This document shows, piece by piece, positions 13,328 through 26,964 of a stretch of 64,000 nt of DNA. The DNA lies in the NCBI GenBank assembly GCA_004431415.1, contig QPMI01000520.1:248001-312000 (forward strand). The letters are read 5' to 3'. Position 1 is the stretch's first letter; each line of letters opens with the position of its first letter. The DNA is from Cyanophora paradoxa CCMP329 (taxonomy: Eukaryota; Plantae; Glaucophyta). Position numbers and translations under genes: made by a program. The notes beneath the pieces were generated by a model, which was not told the DNA's origin, made no database searches, and saw only the letters and a list, made by a program, of their open reading frames with translations.

Positions 13328-13904
13328 GGTAGCATGCGCATGGGATATATGTCGATGCGGCATTGTAAAATATTTGGTTCGATATCGGTCATCGCGCACG
13401 CGGAAAGCACGCGTACGAGCTCTCTGGCGCCAAGAACTGCTGAAGAACGTCGACGTCGACGTCTCTGCAGCGCTAGCTGCGGCGCGAAATTTGAACTCGC
13501 GACGAAGGCAATCGAAGGCAGTACCCCAGCCCAGACATCGCAGCGTGTCATCGCATCGCTTCGCGCAGCAGGCTTCACTGGCATTCAGCAGTGCGCTTGT
13601 TGGTCCCGCGCAGCTCGCGCAAGCTTATTGGCGCTCCACCTAAGCGCCTCACAAGTCTTAGCCAGAGGAATTGGAAGCTCCAGCTAGCTGGAGTCGTCAC
13701 GAGGTCGCGCGCGCACGCGCTGTCAGTGCTGTCACCGGTAGAGTGAAGCAGGAGCAATTCATCCAGCAATTCGCGTCCCCAGCGACAGCCAGAACGGGAT
13801 GAGGGCGTTGAGACGAGCAGCTAGAGCAACTTAGTTTCAGAAGCGGCCATAGGCGGTCAGTTTTTACCTAGAGCGGTATTGCGGCTGTACTTGCAAGTCG
13901 TACA

Positions 13905-16788
13905 ATGCCGGAGGGGACGCGCAAGGTGCGCCCTTGACCTTCCTAACCCGCACCCCGGACCCTCCGACCCTGAGCCCTCCCGTGCAGAATTCAAAGAGAA
14001 AGGAGGATATTGTAGCGACGCTGAAGGGGGCGGCGGCTTACGTCCACAGTGCGCTCATCTTCAAGCGCAAGCTGATCAGCGAGAGGCTCTTCGCCGTCTT
14101 CCAGGACCGCGCTCAGACGTACAAAAACCACCTCCTTTACTTGAAGGCGTCGATGGACGACCTCGGCCGCTGGCTTAGGAAGTACCCCGAGGCGAGCAGG
14201 CCGTGGGGAGTCGCCCGGGAGCGCGGCGGGCGCTGATCGGGCCGTTGTCGCGCAGGTGGTCGAGGCCTCCGGGATCAATGCGCAGGTGGGCATGCTCTCG
14301 GGCCTTCTGTCCGTGCGGGACGCGCTCGCCGTCGAGCTGGAGATCAGCGGGGAGCCGCAGCACTGTGCGCGGGGCCCTCCTGCCCAGCGCCGCCCCGCCT
14401 CACGCCGCCCCGCCCCAGGCGAGAGGATGCCGGAGGTGCTGCGCATGCAGCAGCAGCTGGAGCGGGAGGGGCGCGTCGCCCCGCCCCGCGGCTTCCAGCC
14501 GACCGTGAGCCCCCCGGGCCGCTCCCCGGAAACCTGGCGCCGAGCGCCGCGCGCAGGGGCTGATCGGGGAGCTCTACACGGAGGGGAAGCGGATGCTGCG
14601 GCGGCTGATGGAGGTGATCCCGAACCCGGCCGGCTTCCAGGAGGCGTACCGGGCCTCGGTCGTGGACTCGCTGCCGCCGCCGGACGCGCACGAGGAGGAG
14701 GAGCTGCACGTCGACCCCCGCGACCTCCGCTTCCGCGAGGCCGTGCCCCGCTGGGCCCGCGCCATCGAGGCCTGCGTCGACCGCGTCGAGGCCGCCGCCA
14801 CCCTCGCCAAGAAGCTCGCCGTCCGCACCCCGCTCGCGCCCGGGCGGCGGACCGGCTGACTCGCTCGCGCCGCGCGGCAGGTGGCCTTCGTGATGTCGCG
14901 GCAGATGGTCCCCGTCGAGGCCATCCGCCTCATGCAGGTGCGCCACGCGACATGCGCACGACACGCGCGCGGCGGCCCTCGCCCGCCCGCCCGGGGCGCG
15001 AGCGCTGAGCGGGCGGGGGCCGGTGCGGGGCGCAGGAGGAGCGGAAGAAGGACGTGGAGCGGCGGCAGCGCGTGGAGGAGGCGCAGCGCGTCGTGGAGGG
15101 CAAGCTCGAGGGGGACCCCTTCGCCGCCCCGCTCCTCCGCCTCGCCTCCCCCGCCACCTCCTCCGCCCCCTCCGAGGACGAGGAGGAGGCGCCCCCGGAG
15201 CAGGAGGAGGCCCCCGCCGAGCCCCGCGCCGCCTCCCCCGAGGGGCCCCCCGAGGCCGAGGAGAGCGAGGAGGAGGAGGAGGAGGGGGCGGGGGAGGGCG
15301 GGGAGGAGGAGGAGGAGCGGGCAGCGCGGGCGGCGGCGGTCATGGGCGAGCTGGAGGAGCTGCTCAAGGGCGGCAGCGGCAAGGGCGGCTCCACCACGCA
15401 GCGCTCCCGCCGCGTCCGCCGCCGCGAGAAAGAGCAGCCGGCGCCCGCCCCGCGCCGCTCCCCGCCCCCGGCCCCGGCGGCCAAGCCCCCGCCCGAGCTC
15501 CACGGTGCGAGGGCGACGGGAGCGTCTCCGCGCGGGGCTGGCTGACGCGGGGGCGGGGCGGGGCAGACGTGCGGCTGGGCTTTGGGGACTACTCGCCGCC
15601 CAAGAAGGCGGGCGGCTTCGGCTTCGGGACGGCCTCCAGGTGCCAGCGCCCGCCCCGCCCCGCCCCGCCCCGGCGCCTCCCGCCTCCCGGGGCGACCCCC
15701 TGGGGCGGCGGCAGGTTCGGGGGCCCGATCACGGGCCCGCCGGCGCGGAGCCCGCCGGGGAACAAGTCGGTCCGGCGGGCCTTCCCCTCCCTCTCCCCGA
15801 TCCTCGCCGTCTCGGGCCCCGACCTCGAGGGCCCCCCGGGGGACGGCCAGCCCGCCGGCGACGAGTCCGGCGGCGGCGGCCTCGCCGCCCCCAAGCCGGC
15901 CCCGCGCCGCCTCTCCCTCATCGAGCGCCAGGCGGCCGCCGCGCTCGAGGCGGCCGCCGCGCGCTTCCAGGAGCGGTGGCGGATGCGGCAGCCGCAGCAG
16001 GGCGACGCGGAGGCCTCGAGCGGGGACGAGGAGTCGGGCCCCCGCGCGCCCTTCATCTACGAGGGCAAGCGCGAGCGGCCGGCGCGGCGGGCGCGGCCGA
16101 AGCGGCAGAGCCCCGGGCGGGAGAGGGCGGAGGAGATGATGCCGTGGCCGCCGTTCGTGCACGGGCGGGGGGACCCCGAGGGGAGCAGCAGCAGCAGCTC
16201 GAGCGCCGGATCGGAGGAGGAGGCCCCCGTCCTCGAGGTCCCCCGCATGCCGGCGGCCCTCGCCAGCGCCCCCACCGTCTGGCACTCCTACGACTCGGGG
16301 CGGCGCGCCCCGGCCTCCTTCCCCCCGCGCAGGCCCCGCGCCTCCATCGCCGAGCTCGAGGCGCCGGCCCCCCGCGCGAGGCCGCCCCGGGCGCGGGGCC
16401 CCGCCGTCGCTGCAGCCCGGCGGGCGCTCGGGCCCGCTGCAGATCAACCCGCACTACGCGACGGCCCTGCGCGCCGCCCGCCACGCGCACCGCGCCGAGC
16501 CGGCCCGGGCCCCCCGAAGCACATGCGCTTCCTCGTCGCCCTCCCGCCAAGGGCGCCGGCCCCGGCCCGGCGCCCTGCCCCCGCCGAGGGCGCCGCCCCC
16601 GCCCCGCCGGCAAGCCCGGGCGGCGGGAGCGGCGCGAGAAGCCGGCGGCCGGGCCGGGGCCCGGGGACGGGGCGCTGGGCGACGAGGTGGCCATGCTGCT
16701 CGCCCTGTTCTGGAACAAGGCCGCCGGGGCGGGAAGCCGCCCCGCCCCGCCCCCAGCCCCGGCCCCGGGCTCCCTCTGGGGGCGCTAG
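13905..16788 (+). CDS. Hypothetical multi-exon protein (helical N-terminus, acidic/Pro-rich C-terminus, IQ-like AAARFQERWR)
   Basis: Series of GC3-biased exons joined by consensus introns; no family recognised; ends approximate. Confidence 0.5.
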
Positions 16789-17021
16789 CGCCATCGGCCT
16801 CTTCCTGCCCGGCTGCGCCGGCGGCCCGGCCCTTCTAGTATTCTAGTATTTATGGATAGTGTTCTATTGGCCTTCTAGGGAAGGCGCGTATACTGTATAG
16901 TGAATTGTTGACGTATTTACGAGACGCAGCGGCGAGGGGCGAGAGGCGAGGGTGGCAGGGCTTGAAATAGAAAAAAAGGAGGATGCGGGGGAGAGAGAGG
17001 ATGTCCGGTGGAGCTGTGGGG

Positions 17022-17866
17022 TTACGCGAAGACCTAGAGGCGGGGCGGGTCAGGGGGAGGGGGGGGAGGGAAAAGGAGCGGGGGCCGCGCCTGGTTCTTG
17101 GCGAACTCGGCGCGGGCTTTGAGGTTGACGGGCCGGAAGACGGCGTGGCCCAGCACGATGGAGGCCGTCCCCAGCGAGATCGTCAGCAGGTAGAAGATCG
17201 CCGACGTCAGCCACTGCGCCGAGCGGGGCAGCGAGCGCTTCGCTCAGCCCGCCGCCGCCGCGCAGCCGCCCCGACAGCGGGCGGTTCGCCTCGCTCCGTG
17301 CGCACCAGAACGAGGAAGGAAACGACGCCGAGCGCAGTGAAGAGCTGCTGGTCTGTGATCTGCGCCGGAGGGAGGACGCTTGGCGCAGAAGGGGCGAGAA
17401 GGAAACCGAACGGGCTCGCCTTCTTGTCGCCGATGCGGTACGCGCGTTTCCGCGTGGAAAGTGCGAGGAACCATGCCGCGGAGACGAACGCCAGCCCGAT
17501 AAGGAAGGTCGGTTGCCGAATGCTGGTCCGGAGCTAAGCTCACAAGAACGCGGAATGCCTGCAGGCGGGGCCACGAACAAGGCCAAGGCGACGAGGGCAA
17601 GCGCGATGAGGAGATAGTTGGTTCTATAGTACACCAGGTTCATATGCACGCGCTTCTGCAGCTCCAGGCGGCGCATGGGAGGCTGCAGGGCGTAAACAGC
17701 GGTTGATGCCACCGGCGAGTTGCGGTGCGAGCGGGCTCACCTTGTCGAAGCGCTCAACGAACTCGCTCCTGGAGCACAGAGGTCAGAGAACGCGGCGTGC
17801 GAGGGCGGCTGGCGCGGGCCATCGGCGCGGCTCGGCGGGTCCGGCCGCGCAGCAGGGGCCGGCCAT
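17022..17866 (-). CDS. PRA1: PRA1 family protein (prenylated Rab acceptor)
   Basis: RVHMNLVYYRTNYLLI and IVLGHAVFR motifs with two hydrophobic hairpins; start codon uncertain. Confidence 0.85.
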
Positions 17867-18345
17867 CGGGCTCTGTTTGCTACCCCATGCCAGGAAAGGC
17901 GGAAAGCTAGAGCGGCCGGCGCGTTGCCGGCCGTGTGGGCGCGCCAGGCTTATAGTTCGAACGCGCGTTGCCGCGGCGCGGCGGCGCTGGAAGGACAGGG
18001 CCGCACCAATGGCGGTTGTGCCGAACAAACCAGCTTAGGTCGAGCGACATCTTTGATGTGTTCCGCCGACGGTCGAGAACTTCCTGCGCGGCGTAGCGCG
18101 ACGCATCAAGGACGGTTCCACGGTGCTCAACAGCGTGGCGCGGCGGCCGTGTCGCGCAGCGCACCGGATAAACCGTTTCTGCCTGTACCCCGGCATTTCT
18201 TGCCGCCTCGCTCCACACGCGCCCCAGTGCGCTCTCGTTGCGCTAAACGTATGCATCTAGACCTTCTAAACAAGCAGGTTTGCGCTCAGGTTCGAGTTCG
18301 TCGGCAAGACCGCTTATTTCCCGGCCGGCGTCGCTGCGAGACCAA

Positions 18346-21300
18346 ATGGCAGCGTGCCAGCACGCTCTCAAGCCGCTCGAGCCGCCGAGGCTCTCGACGC
18401 CCGTCTACAAGGAGGAATGCACCCAATGCTTCGACGGGCAGGTCCGTTCGCCCCTCTGCCGCCGTGTGAAACGGGTCATTTGCGCTTGGCTCTGTCGACC
18501 TGCGTCGATCTCGCGCGAGGACCAGACTCCGACGACGCGCGTCGGCTGACCCCCTCGTACGCGCCGCGCAGGACAATGAGGAGGGCATCAACGTGTGCCT
18601 GCACTGCTTCAACGGCGGATGCGCGAAGCACGCGCCGCTTCACGCGATGAACCGCGGGCACCCCATCGCCCTCAACATCAAGCGCATCCTGGTGAAGGTT
18701 CGCTACCCTCGCGCCCCGACCGCCGGCGCCGGCGCCGCTGGCCTCACGCGCCCCGCCTGCGCCGCAGAAGGCGGAGGCTCGCCCGCAGAAGATCACGAAG
18801 GTGGCGATCGGCGTGCCCGGCGGGGCGGGCGCGGAGGCGGACGAGTACGACTTCGAGACGAAGGTCCTCTGCTTCCAGTGCGGCACGGAGGTCGAGCGCA
18901 CCGCCGGAAAGGTCTGCTCGCCAGTCCCCGCCGGCCCGGCGGATCGGGCGGCGGCGCGGGCCTCACAGGCCCCGGCGCGCGCAGCTGCCGGGGGTGATCG
19001 ACGGGGTGGTGGCGGCGCCGACGGCGGCGAAGCAGGAGGAGCTGAAGGCGTGGGAGAACGAGATCAGCGCGTGCCAGCACACGAAGGGCCTCCAGCAGGA
19101 CCCCGCCGCCCCGCAGCTCGCCGCCAAATGTCCGCCCCCCGCCCGCCCCCTCCCCCGCGGCGCCCGACGGGGCCGGCGCAGCGCTGGCGCACTGCGGGCT
19201 GTGCGAGCTCTCGCAGAACCTGTGGCTGTGCCTCGCGTGCGGGCACTTGGGGTGCGGGCGGCGGAACTACGACGGGACGGGGGGCAACGGGCACGCGATG
19301 GATCACTACACCGCGACCAAGCACCCCGTCGTCTGCAAGCTCGGCACCATCACCCCCGAGGGCACCGCCGGTGCGCCCCTCCCCCCCTCCCACTCTTCCC
19401 TCTCCTGACGGGGCGTGCAGACATCTACTGCTACGGGTGCGACGACGCGAAGCTGGACCCGCAGCTCGCCGCGCACCTCGCCCGCTTCGGCATCAACGTC
19501 GCCTCCCAGGCGCGCCCTCCCCTTTTTCCGCGGGGCGGCCCCGGCGGGACTAGACAGCGTCAGGGCTAGGACGAGGGGCCCGCCGACCGGCCGGGCTTGC
19601 TCTCGGCGCAGGAGAAGGGGGCGGCTCGCTCACTTCGATCGCAGGAGAAGACGGAGAAGAGCACGGCGGAGATGGAGCTCGACCGCAACCTCACCCTCGA
19701 CTTCAGGCGAGGCGCCTCCTCCCCCCTCCCCTCCCCCCTTCTCAGGCGGGGCGGGGGCAGCGAGGCGACGGAGGACGGGCAGCGGCTGACGCCGGTGCAC
19801 GGCCCCGGGTACACGGGCCTGCGCAACATGGGCAACACCTGCTACATGGCCTCCGTCCTCCAGGCACGCCCCCGCGGGGGCCCCCCTGCCCGCCCCGCCC
19901 CTCCCCCCCTCCTCGCCCCATCCCGCCCCCTGAGCGCGGGGTGGTGCGGCCGGGGCGCAGGTGCTCTTCAAGATGCCCGAGTTCCTGCAGCGCTACCAGG
20001 CCGTCGCCGCCGCGCACGCGCCCTCGTGCCGCGAGCCCTCCCACGCCGCCTGCTACCTCTGCCAGGCCCGCCCCCCTCCTGCTTTCTCCCTCCTCCTCGG
20101 GCTCAGCGGCGCTCCCCGCAGATGGGGAAGATGGCGGACGGGCTGGCGAGCGGGCGCTACTCGCAGGCGCCGAAGGACGCGGCGGCGGCGGAGGCGATCG
20201 AGGCCGGGGCGCTGAAGGCGACGAGCGCGCCGGACGCCGGGGGCCCCGGGCAGGAGGCCGGCGTCGCCCCGCGCATGCTCAAGGCGCTGGTGGGGAAGGA
20301 CCACGCCGAGTTCAGCACGATGCGGCAGCAGGACGCCCTCGAGTTCCTCCAGCACCTCCTCAAGCTCGTCCGCCAAAAGGAGCACGCCGCCGGCGGTCCG
20401 CCCCTCCCCGCCCCGCCCCTCCCCTCCCCGTCGGCCGGCTCAGCGGGGGTGCGTCGCGGCAGGGGAGGACCCAAGCCGGGCGTTCGACTTCACGGTGGCG
20501 CAGCGCGTGCAGTGCGCGCAGTGCCGCCGCGCCCGCTACTCCCGCGCCACCGAGCAGCAGATCTCCCTCCCCATCCCCCTCCCCCAGGCCCGCCCCCCCC
20601 GCCCCCCCCCCTTCACCCCCCTCCCTTCTTCTCACCAGCGGGGCGGGCGGGCAGGGCGCGGAGGGCTCCGGGGCGGGCGCGACGGTGCCGTTCGAGGCGT
20701 GCGTGGCGGGCTGGGCGGCGGAGGAGGCCGTGGAGGGCTTCCAGTGCCCCGCCTGCTCCCCGGCCCGCACCGTCGCCCTCAAGTCCGCACGCCCCCGCCC
20801 CGCGCCCCGCCCCCCTCACCCCCCTCCTCAGGTCGCAGCGCTTCGAGACGTTCCCCGAGACGCTCGTCTGCCACATGCGCCGCTTCGTCTACGACAACTG
20901 GGTCCCCAAGAAGCTCGGTCCGCCCCCGGCCGGCGACGCGGCGCCTGCGACGCGGCGCCTCGCCCGCCCCGCGAGCGGGGGCGCCTGACGCGGCCGCCCC
21001 GGGCAGACGTGAGCGTGACGGTGCCGGAGCGGTTCGACTTCGGGGCGTACATGGGCGCCGCCGCCCTCGCCCCGGGCGAGCAGCCGCTCCCCGACGCCCC
21101 CGCCGCCGCCCCCGCCGCCCCCGGTGAGCCTTCCCTCGCCCTCCGTCTACCTCTGCCGCCTGAAGCGCTCCTCTCGCTTGCCGGCAGCGCGCCCGCAGGC
21201 GGACGAGGCGTCCGTGGAGCAGCTGATGGCGATGGGCTTCCCCCGCCCCCGCTGCGTCCGCGCCGTCCTCGCCACAGGCAACTCCGGCGCTGAGACCGGT

Positions 21301-22062
21301 CCGCCCTTCCCTCCTCCTCCCGCCTCCAGCCGTCTCCCGCCGATCTGGGCGCCCCGCAGCAATGAACTGGCTCTTCGAGCACATGGAGGACCCCGGTGCG
21401 CTCCCGGCGCCCCGCCGCTGCCCATCGCGCGCCCCGCCGCCCTCACCCCTCCGGGCCCGAACCCGCAGACATCGACGCGCCGCTCCCGGAGCCGATGGAG
21501 GCGACGGGCCCGGCGGCTGCGGCGGCGGCGGGCGGGGCGGGGCCCTCGGAGGAGAGCGTCTCGATGCTCTGCGACATGGGCTTCACCCCCGCGCAGGCCC
21601 GCAAGGCCCTTCGCTCCACCGTGCGCCCCCCGGCCCTCCCAGCGCCCCCGCTGCCGCCCGAGCCCTCCCGCAGGACAACAACATGGAGCGCGCCGTGGAG
21701 TGGCTCTTCTCGCACCCTGGCGACACGGGCGAGGAGGCCCCCGCCCCCGCCCCCGCCGCAGCCGGCTCCGCGGGGGCTCCTGCGGGGCCGCCCCCCGCGG
21801 GGCGCGCGGGGCGGGGCGTGTACGAGCTGGTCGGCGTGGTGACGCACAAGGGCCCGTCGGTGCACTGCGGGCACTACATTGCGCATTGCCGGCGCGCCGC
21901 GGACGGCCGCTGGGTCCTCTTCAACGACAACAAGGCCCGCCCGCGTCGCCACTCTCCCGGCGGTCTGCGGCGCCCCCCTCACTCTCCCCCGGGCAGGTTG
22001 TGGAGGCGGGGAACCCGCCCCTCACGCACGGCTACCTCTACTTCTTCCGCCGCGTCGACTGA
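18346..22062 (+). CDS. UBP14: Ubiquitin C-terminal hydrolase USP5/USP13/UBP14 (isopeptidase T), 19 exons
   Basis: VYKEECTQCFD; zf-UBP NLWLCLACGHLGCGR..GGNGHA; Cys box GLRNMGNTCYMASVLQ; QQDALEF; two UBA domains (MAMGF, CDMGF..ERAVEWLFSH); His box HKGPSVHCGHY..WVLFNDNKV..GYLYFFRR. Confidence 0.97.
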
Positions 22063-22324
22063 CCGACTGGCCACATGCATGGCCCGCCCCTCCCACGGCC
22101 GCCCCTCCCTTGGTTAATGCAGTAAATGTGAACTGGACAAACACGGCCTGCGACACGCGTCTGCGGTACTCTATAGCTATCTTGACGCATCAACAGCGAG
22201 GGGTACGCTGCACACCGTGCCGAGGGGGTACGGCTTGTGCAGGCTGAAGGGCATCCGCGCGGCGCCCTTCGCCGTCGGCGCACGTGCACACCGCCGTGCA
22301 GGATTGCACAGACGCACGTGCGCG

Positions 22325-24155
22325 ATGCCTGGTGGCGGGCGCAAGAGGAAGCAGCCGCCGGCGGGCGAGCACGTGGCCGCAGCTGCCGAACTTCCGGAAG
22401 TCACGCAGCTGCCCGACGCGCTCATCCTTCAGATCTTCGAGTGTGTGGATCTGCGAAGCGCGGCCATCGCGCGGGCGGTTTGCCGCCGCTGGCGCGATTT
22501 GGTCGAGGCAACGCTCTGGCCCAGGCTGGAGGTTCCGCATGCGCATGCGCTGTGCCCCGATCAAGCCGAACACCTCGCGAGCCTACTCGTGGGCGCTGAA
22601 GGCCAGCAGGTCGGCGCTGGGCGGCTGAAGCCGGCGCCGCGGCGTTGGATTCGCGTCGGCCCCGGCGCCTCGCTGAGCGCGAGGATGCGGGATTATTACA
22701 TCAGCAGGCCGTGGACGGCTCCCGGCGCGCTCGTGGCGTCGTGCACGGCGGCCAGCGGCGGCCTCAGCGACGTCGACTTGGACTGCGCCTCGCTGATGAT
22801 CCCGTGCCTGATGGTCAGCGACGTCCTCGAGGCCCTCGTCCCGCCGGGCGCCGCCTCCTGCCCCGCCCTCCGCGGCATCGCGCTGCGGGGCGCTCTGGAG
22901 GACTGCAAGGGCCTCCCCGGCGGCCTCGAGCGCCTCCTGCGCCCCTTCCCCGGCCTCGAGAGCCTCTGTCTCCCCCGTTGCTGCTCCGCGGACGGGCCCG
23001 CCGCCGCCGCCATCGTCCAGTGCCTCCCGCGCCTCAAAAGGGTCCGCGGCCCCTCCCCGCAACCCCCTGGGTCTGCGCGACTGAAGCCAGCTCGGGCGCA
23101 GCTGACGATCGCTCTGAGGGACTCGCGGGGAACGCAGAGGGCGGCGGAGGCGCTGGCGGCGCTGCCCTCGCTGGAGTTGCTGGAGGTGCTGGACGCGCCC
23201 TGCCCGCCCTCGCGCCTGCTCCTCGAGGGCCTCGCCGCCGGCCCCGCCGCCCTCTCCCTCAAGGAGTCCGCCCCGCCCCCGCCGCCCCGCCCTGCCCCGA
23301 GGCTCCCGCCTCGCTGAGCGCCGGCCAGGCTGCGCTTCGAGGGCGCCCTCAGCGGCAGCGCCCTGCGAGCCCTCCCGCGCCTCGCCGCCCTCGAGCACTT
23401 GCGTGGGCTCACGACGGTCCGCCCGCCCCCGCCCCCGGCCGGCCCGCGCCGCGGCCGCCTGGGGTGCTCGGGGTCACTCGGGGCGGGGGCGGGCAGCTCT
23501 TTACGGACGTGAGCGGGGGGACCTGGCTGCGCTGGGTGCCTGCGGGGCGCTCCGCAGCCTGGGGCCCCTGCACCTCTTCGAGGCCGACGTGGCCCCCGCC
23601 AGGGCCGCCTCGCCGCCCTCGCCGCCGCCCTCGCGCGCCCCCGCTCCCTCGACGCCGTCGACCTCGTCTTCCGTGCGCCTCGCGCCCCGCCCGCGCCGCC
23701 CCCGAGGAGCCCGCCCCCCCTGATCGGGGCCCCGCAGACGCCCCTCCGCCGCCGCAGTCGCTGGGCGCGCTGCTCGCGGCGGCCGGCCGGCGCCTCCGCC
23801 TCCAGATACCCCTCTTCCTGAACCCGGCCTGCCGCCCCCTCCTCTCCGCCACCGCCGCCGCCCTGGCCGCCGCCCCTCCCCGCCGCCTCGTCCTCGCCGT
23901 CGCCGACGGCGAGGAGGCCCTCGTCGGAGACTGGCTCCCCGCCCTCGCCGCCTTCGCCGGCTGCTCGGGGGACCTCGAGGTGCGCCCCCCCGCCTCGCCG
24001 CGGCTCCCGCCGCCGCCTGCACGAGGGGCGGCCGAGAGCTCCCTCAGGTCCTGCTCCGCCTCGCGGAGGACGCGGAGGCGCGCACAATGCGCAGGGACGC
24101 TGCGCTCGCGGCGGCGCTCACGGCCCTCCCTTCCGCCCGCGTCGTCTTCCCGTAG
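22325..24155 (+). CDS. F-box protein with degenerate LRRs
   Basis: F-box LPDALILQIFECVDLRSAAIARAVCRRWRDLV, followed by LxxLxL repeats (FPGLESLCL, LPRLKRL, LPSLELLEV). Confidence 0.75.
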
Positions 24156-24472
24156 TCGTCGGGCGCTGGCTTGCTCCTTGTTGAGGCCCGCCCGCTGTTG
24201 AAGCCGCCCGGCGGCCCCGAAGCTCGAATTTCGGAAGCGGGATCACGTGCACGACTGTACGCGCCGGACGCGCAAGAAGGGGGAGCTCGAGGGGGCTGAG
24301 CTCGAGGTCCTCGGGGGGCTTCAATAGCAAACCGTTCTATAGCTACCGCGGCGAGGCGGCTAGGCGGCTATAGCTAGGCGACAAGCCGCGAAAAGGGGTA
24401 CCGCGTAATCGTAGCGTCCCGCGAAACTGAAAGCGCGAAGGTTCTGGCGGCTAACGGGCACGCGGAGCTGCC

Positions 24473-26519
24473 ATGGCGTACTGCGGGGGAGGTGCGATGA
24501 GCGGGCGCGGCCCGCGGCATCTACCTCGCGCCATGTGACCACGCCTCGCTCGCAGACGAGGTCTCGGCGGTTGTCGTTGACATCGGCTCCCTCAACGTAA
24601 AGGCTGGATGGGCCGGCGAGGATGTGCCCAAGGCCGTCTTTCCATCGGTGCGCCGCGCCGCACGCAGCGAGCGGAGCCCCGCCATTGCGTGAGCTGAGCG
24701 ATGCTAGCTGTCGCGATCTGACGAATCGATGCGCGCCCGCGCGCCGCTCTCGTCGCGCAGCAAGTTGGTGTCCTCTACAAGGAGGGCGACGCGAGCACCG
24801 TCGGCAACGGGACGCAGGCGGTCGGAGAGGAGTCCACTAAGGACGCGGCGGCTAGCGGGAGCTCCAGCGGCAGCAGGATAGGGAAGTACTACATCGGCAC
24901 GAACGAGATGTGCGTACGGCGAGACAGCGTCGAGGTGATCGGCCCGTACAAGGAGGGCATACGTGCGCCACGCCGGCGCCGCGCGCGCACCTGCGGCGCG
25001 GCACCTGAGCCGCGGGGGCGGGGCGGGCGGGCGGGGCGCAGTGCACGACTGGGAGTGCGTGGAGCAGCTGCTGGACCACGTCTTCAAGACGCGGCTGCAG
25101 ATCAACACGGAGGAGCACCCGCTGCTCATCGCCGAGCCGTCCTTCAACACGAAGGCGGCGCGGGAGAAGCTCTGCCAGCTGATCTTCGAGAAGTACAAGC
25201 CGCCGGCCATCTTCGTCGCCAAGACGGCCGTCCTCTCCGCGTACGCCTCGGGGCGCGCCACGGGCCTCGTCCTCGACTCGGGCGCCGGCGTCACCTGCGC
25301 CGTGCCCGTCCACGAGGGCTACGTCCTCCAGAAGCGTGCGCGCCCCCGCGCCCCCCGCCCCCGCCCCTCCCCCGCCCGCCCCGCCCGCCCCGCCGCGCTC
25401 GAGCGCGCCCCGCAGACATCGTGAAGTCGTTCGTGGGCGGGGAGGCGCTGACGGAGGTGATGCAGCGCTGCATCGAGCGGAAGGCGCCCATCCGGCCGCC
25501 CTACAGCTTCGTGAAGAAGGCCAAGGGGGACCTCTTCGAGGCGCGGCGGCCCCCGGGCGGGCCTCGCCGGGCGCTGAGGCGGGGCGGGGGGCACAGGTGA
25601 AGGACGTGGAGGCGGAGAAGATCGCGAAGACGACGGCGAGCTACCGCAGCTTCGTCCTGCAGAACACGGCGCGGGACGCGAAGGAGAGCATCTGCCGCGT
25701 CGCCGAGGCCGCCTTCGCCCCCGCGTGCGCCCCCGCGCCCCCGCCCCGAGCAGCACGCCAGAAGCGCCGCGCCGGGCGCCTCCTCCGAGCAGCCGCGCGG
25801 CGCCTGCGGGCCGACGCGGGGCGGGGTGCGCAGGGAGAACGTGAACCTGCCGGGGCTGCAGTTCGAGCTGCCGGAGGGCCGCAGCGTGGAGATCGCGCTG
25901 GACCGCTTCCTCGTGCCGGAGCTGATGTTCCAGCCGGCGCTCATCGCCTGCCCCGAGTTCGGCCCCGAGGTCTCCGCCCTCGCCGCCCAGGGGCCCTGGC
26001 CCACCGCCGCCTCCCTCCCCAAGATGGTCCCCCCGCCCCGCCCCCCGCCCCCCGAGGCCCCGCCCAGCCGCCCCCCGCCCACCTCTCCCCGCCGCCCGGC
26101 AGATCGTGGACAGCATCTCGCGGTGCGACACGGACATCAAGAAGGACCTGTACGCGAACGTGGTGCTCACGGGGGGCAACACGGCCTTCCCCCAGTTCTC
26201 CGAGCGCCTCCAGCGCGACCTCTCCGACGCCGCCCCCGGGGTACCCCCCCCCCCTCCTCCCCCCCTCGCGCCGCCGCCGAGGGCGGGGGGCAGCAAGCGA
26301 AGGTGAAGGTGATCGCGCCGGCGGCGAACACGGGGGAGCGGAAGTACGCGGCCTTCATCGGCGGCTCCATTCTCGCCTCCCTCGGCTCCTTCCAGCAGAT
26401 GGCCCGCCCCCGCGCCCCCTCCTCCAGCCGTCCCCCTGACCCGGCGCCCCCCGCAGTGGATGTCCAAGCAGGAGTACGAGGAGAGCGGGCCCGCCCTCCT
26501 CGAGAAGAAGTGCCCCTAG
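24473..26519 (+). CDS. ARP4: Nuclear actin-related protein 4 (ARP4/ACTL6)
   Basis: [34 protein letters not shown]; HPLLIAEP; C-terminal [30 protein letters not shown] diagnostic of ARP4. Confidence 0.93.
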
Positions 26520-26964
26520 GCCCGAGCCGCCCCGCCCGCTGCTGTCCCTCGGCCCTCCAAACGCGAGGGCCTCCTCGTCGGCTGGACGGCGCGCTTGAGG
26601 GCGGGGGCGGGGGCGGGGCCCGCTAGATGTGGCTAGCCGGTCGGCACCCTGCGCGTGTACCGTATACAGGATCCAAGCCGAAGAGGGGGGAGGGGCCCGA
26701 GGGGGGGAAGGGGGTACGAAGGATATCATCGGATCGAATCCCGAGCGGCAGTTACGCATACAGGTTCGAATTCCGCTGCAGCTGGACGAATGCGGGGCTT
26801 CATCTGCAGCTGCCGGCTTCCATCGGTGCTGCCGGGCTACGCCGAAGCGCAGCTCGCCCGGCCGCCAATGCTGAGCGCATTCATGAGGCAATGCTGCGCG
26901 AGCTCACACGCATGGCATTCAGGGGCGCATTGAGCGCGCATGCGCGGCGCCATCAGAGCGTGTG

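Noticed and set aside
14881-16846. Long Arg/Pro/Gly-rich ORFs here and throughout (e.g. 40274-42703 minus, 22645-24201, 48273-49892)
   Set aside because: Shadow frames caused by stop-codon scarcity at very high GC; coherent proteins arise only by splicing
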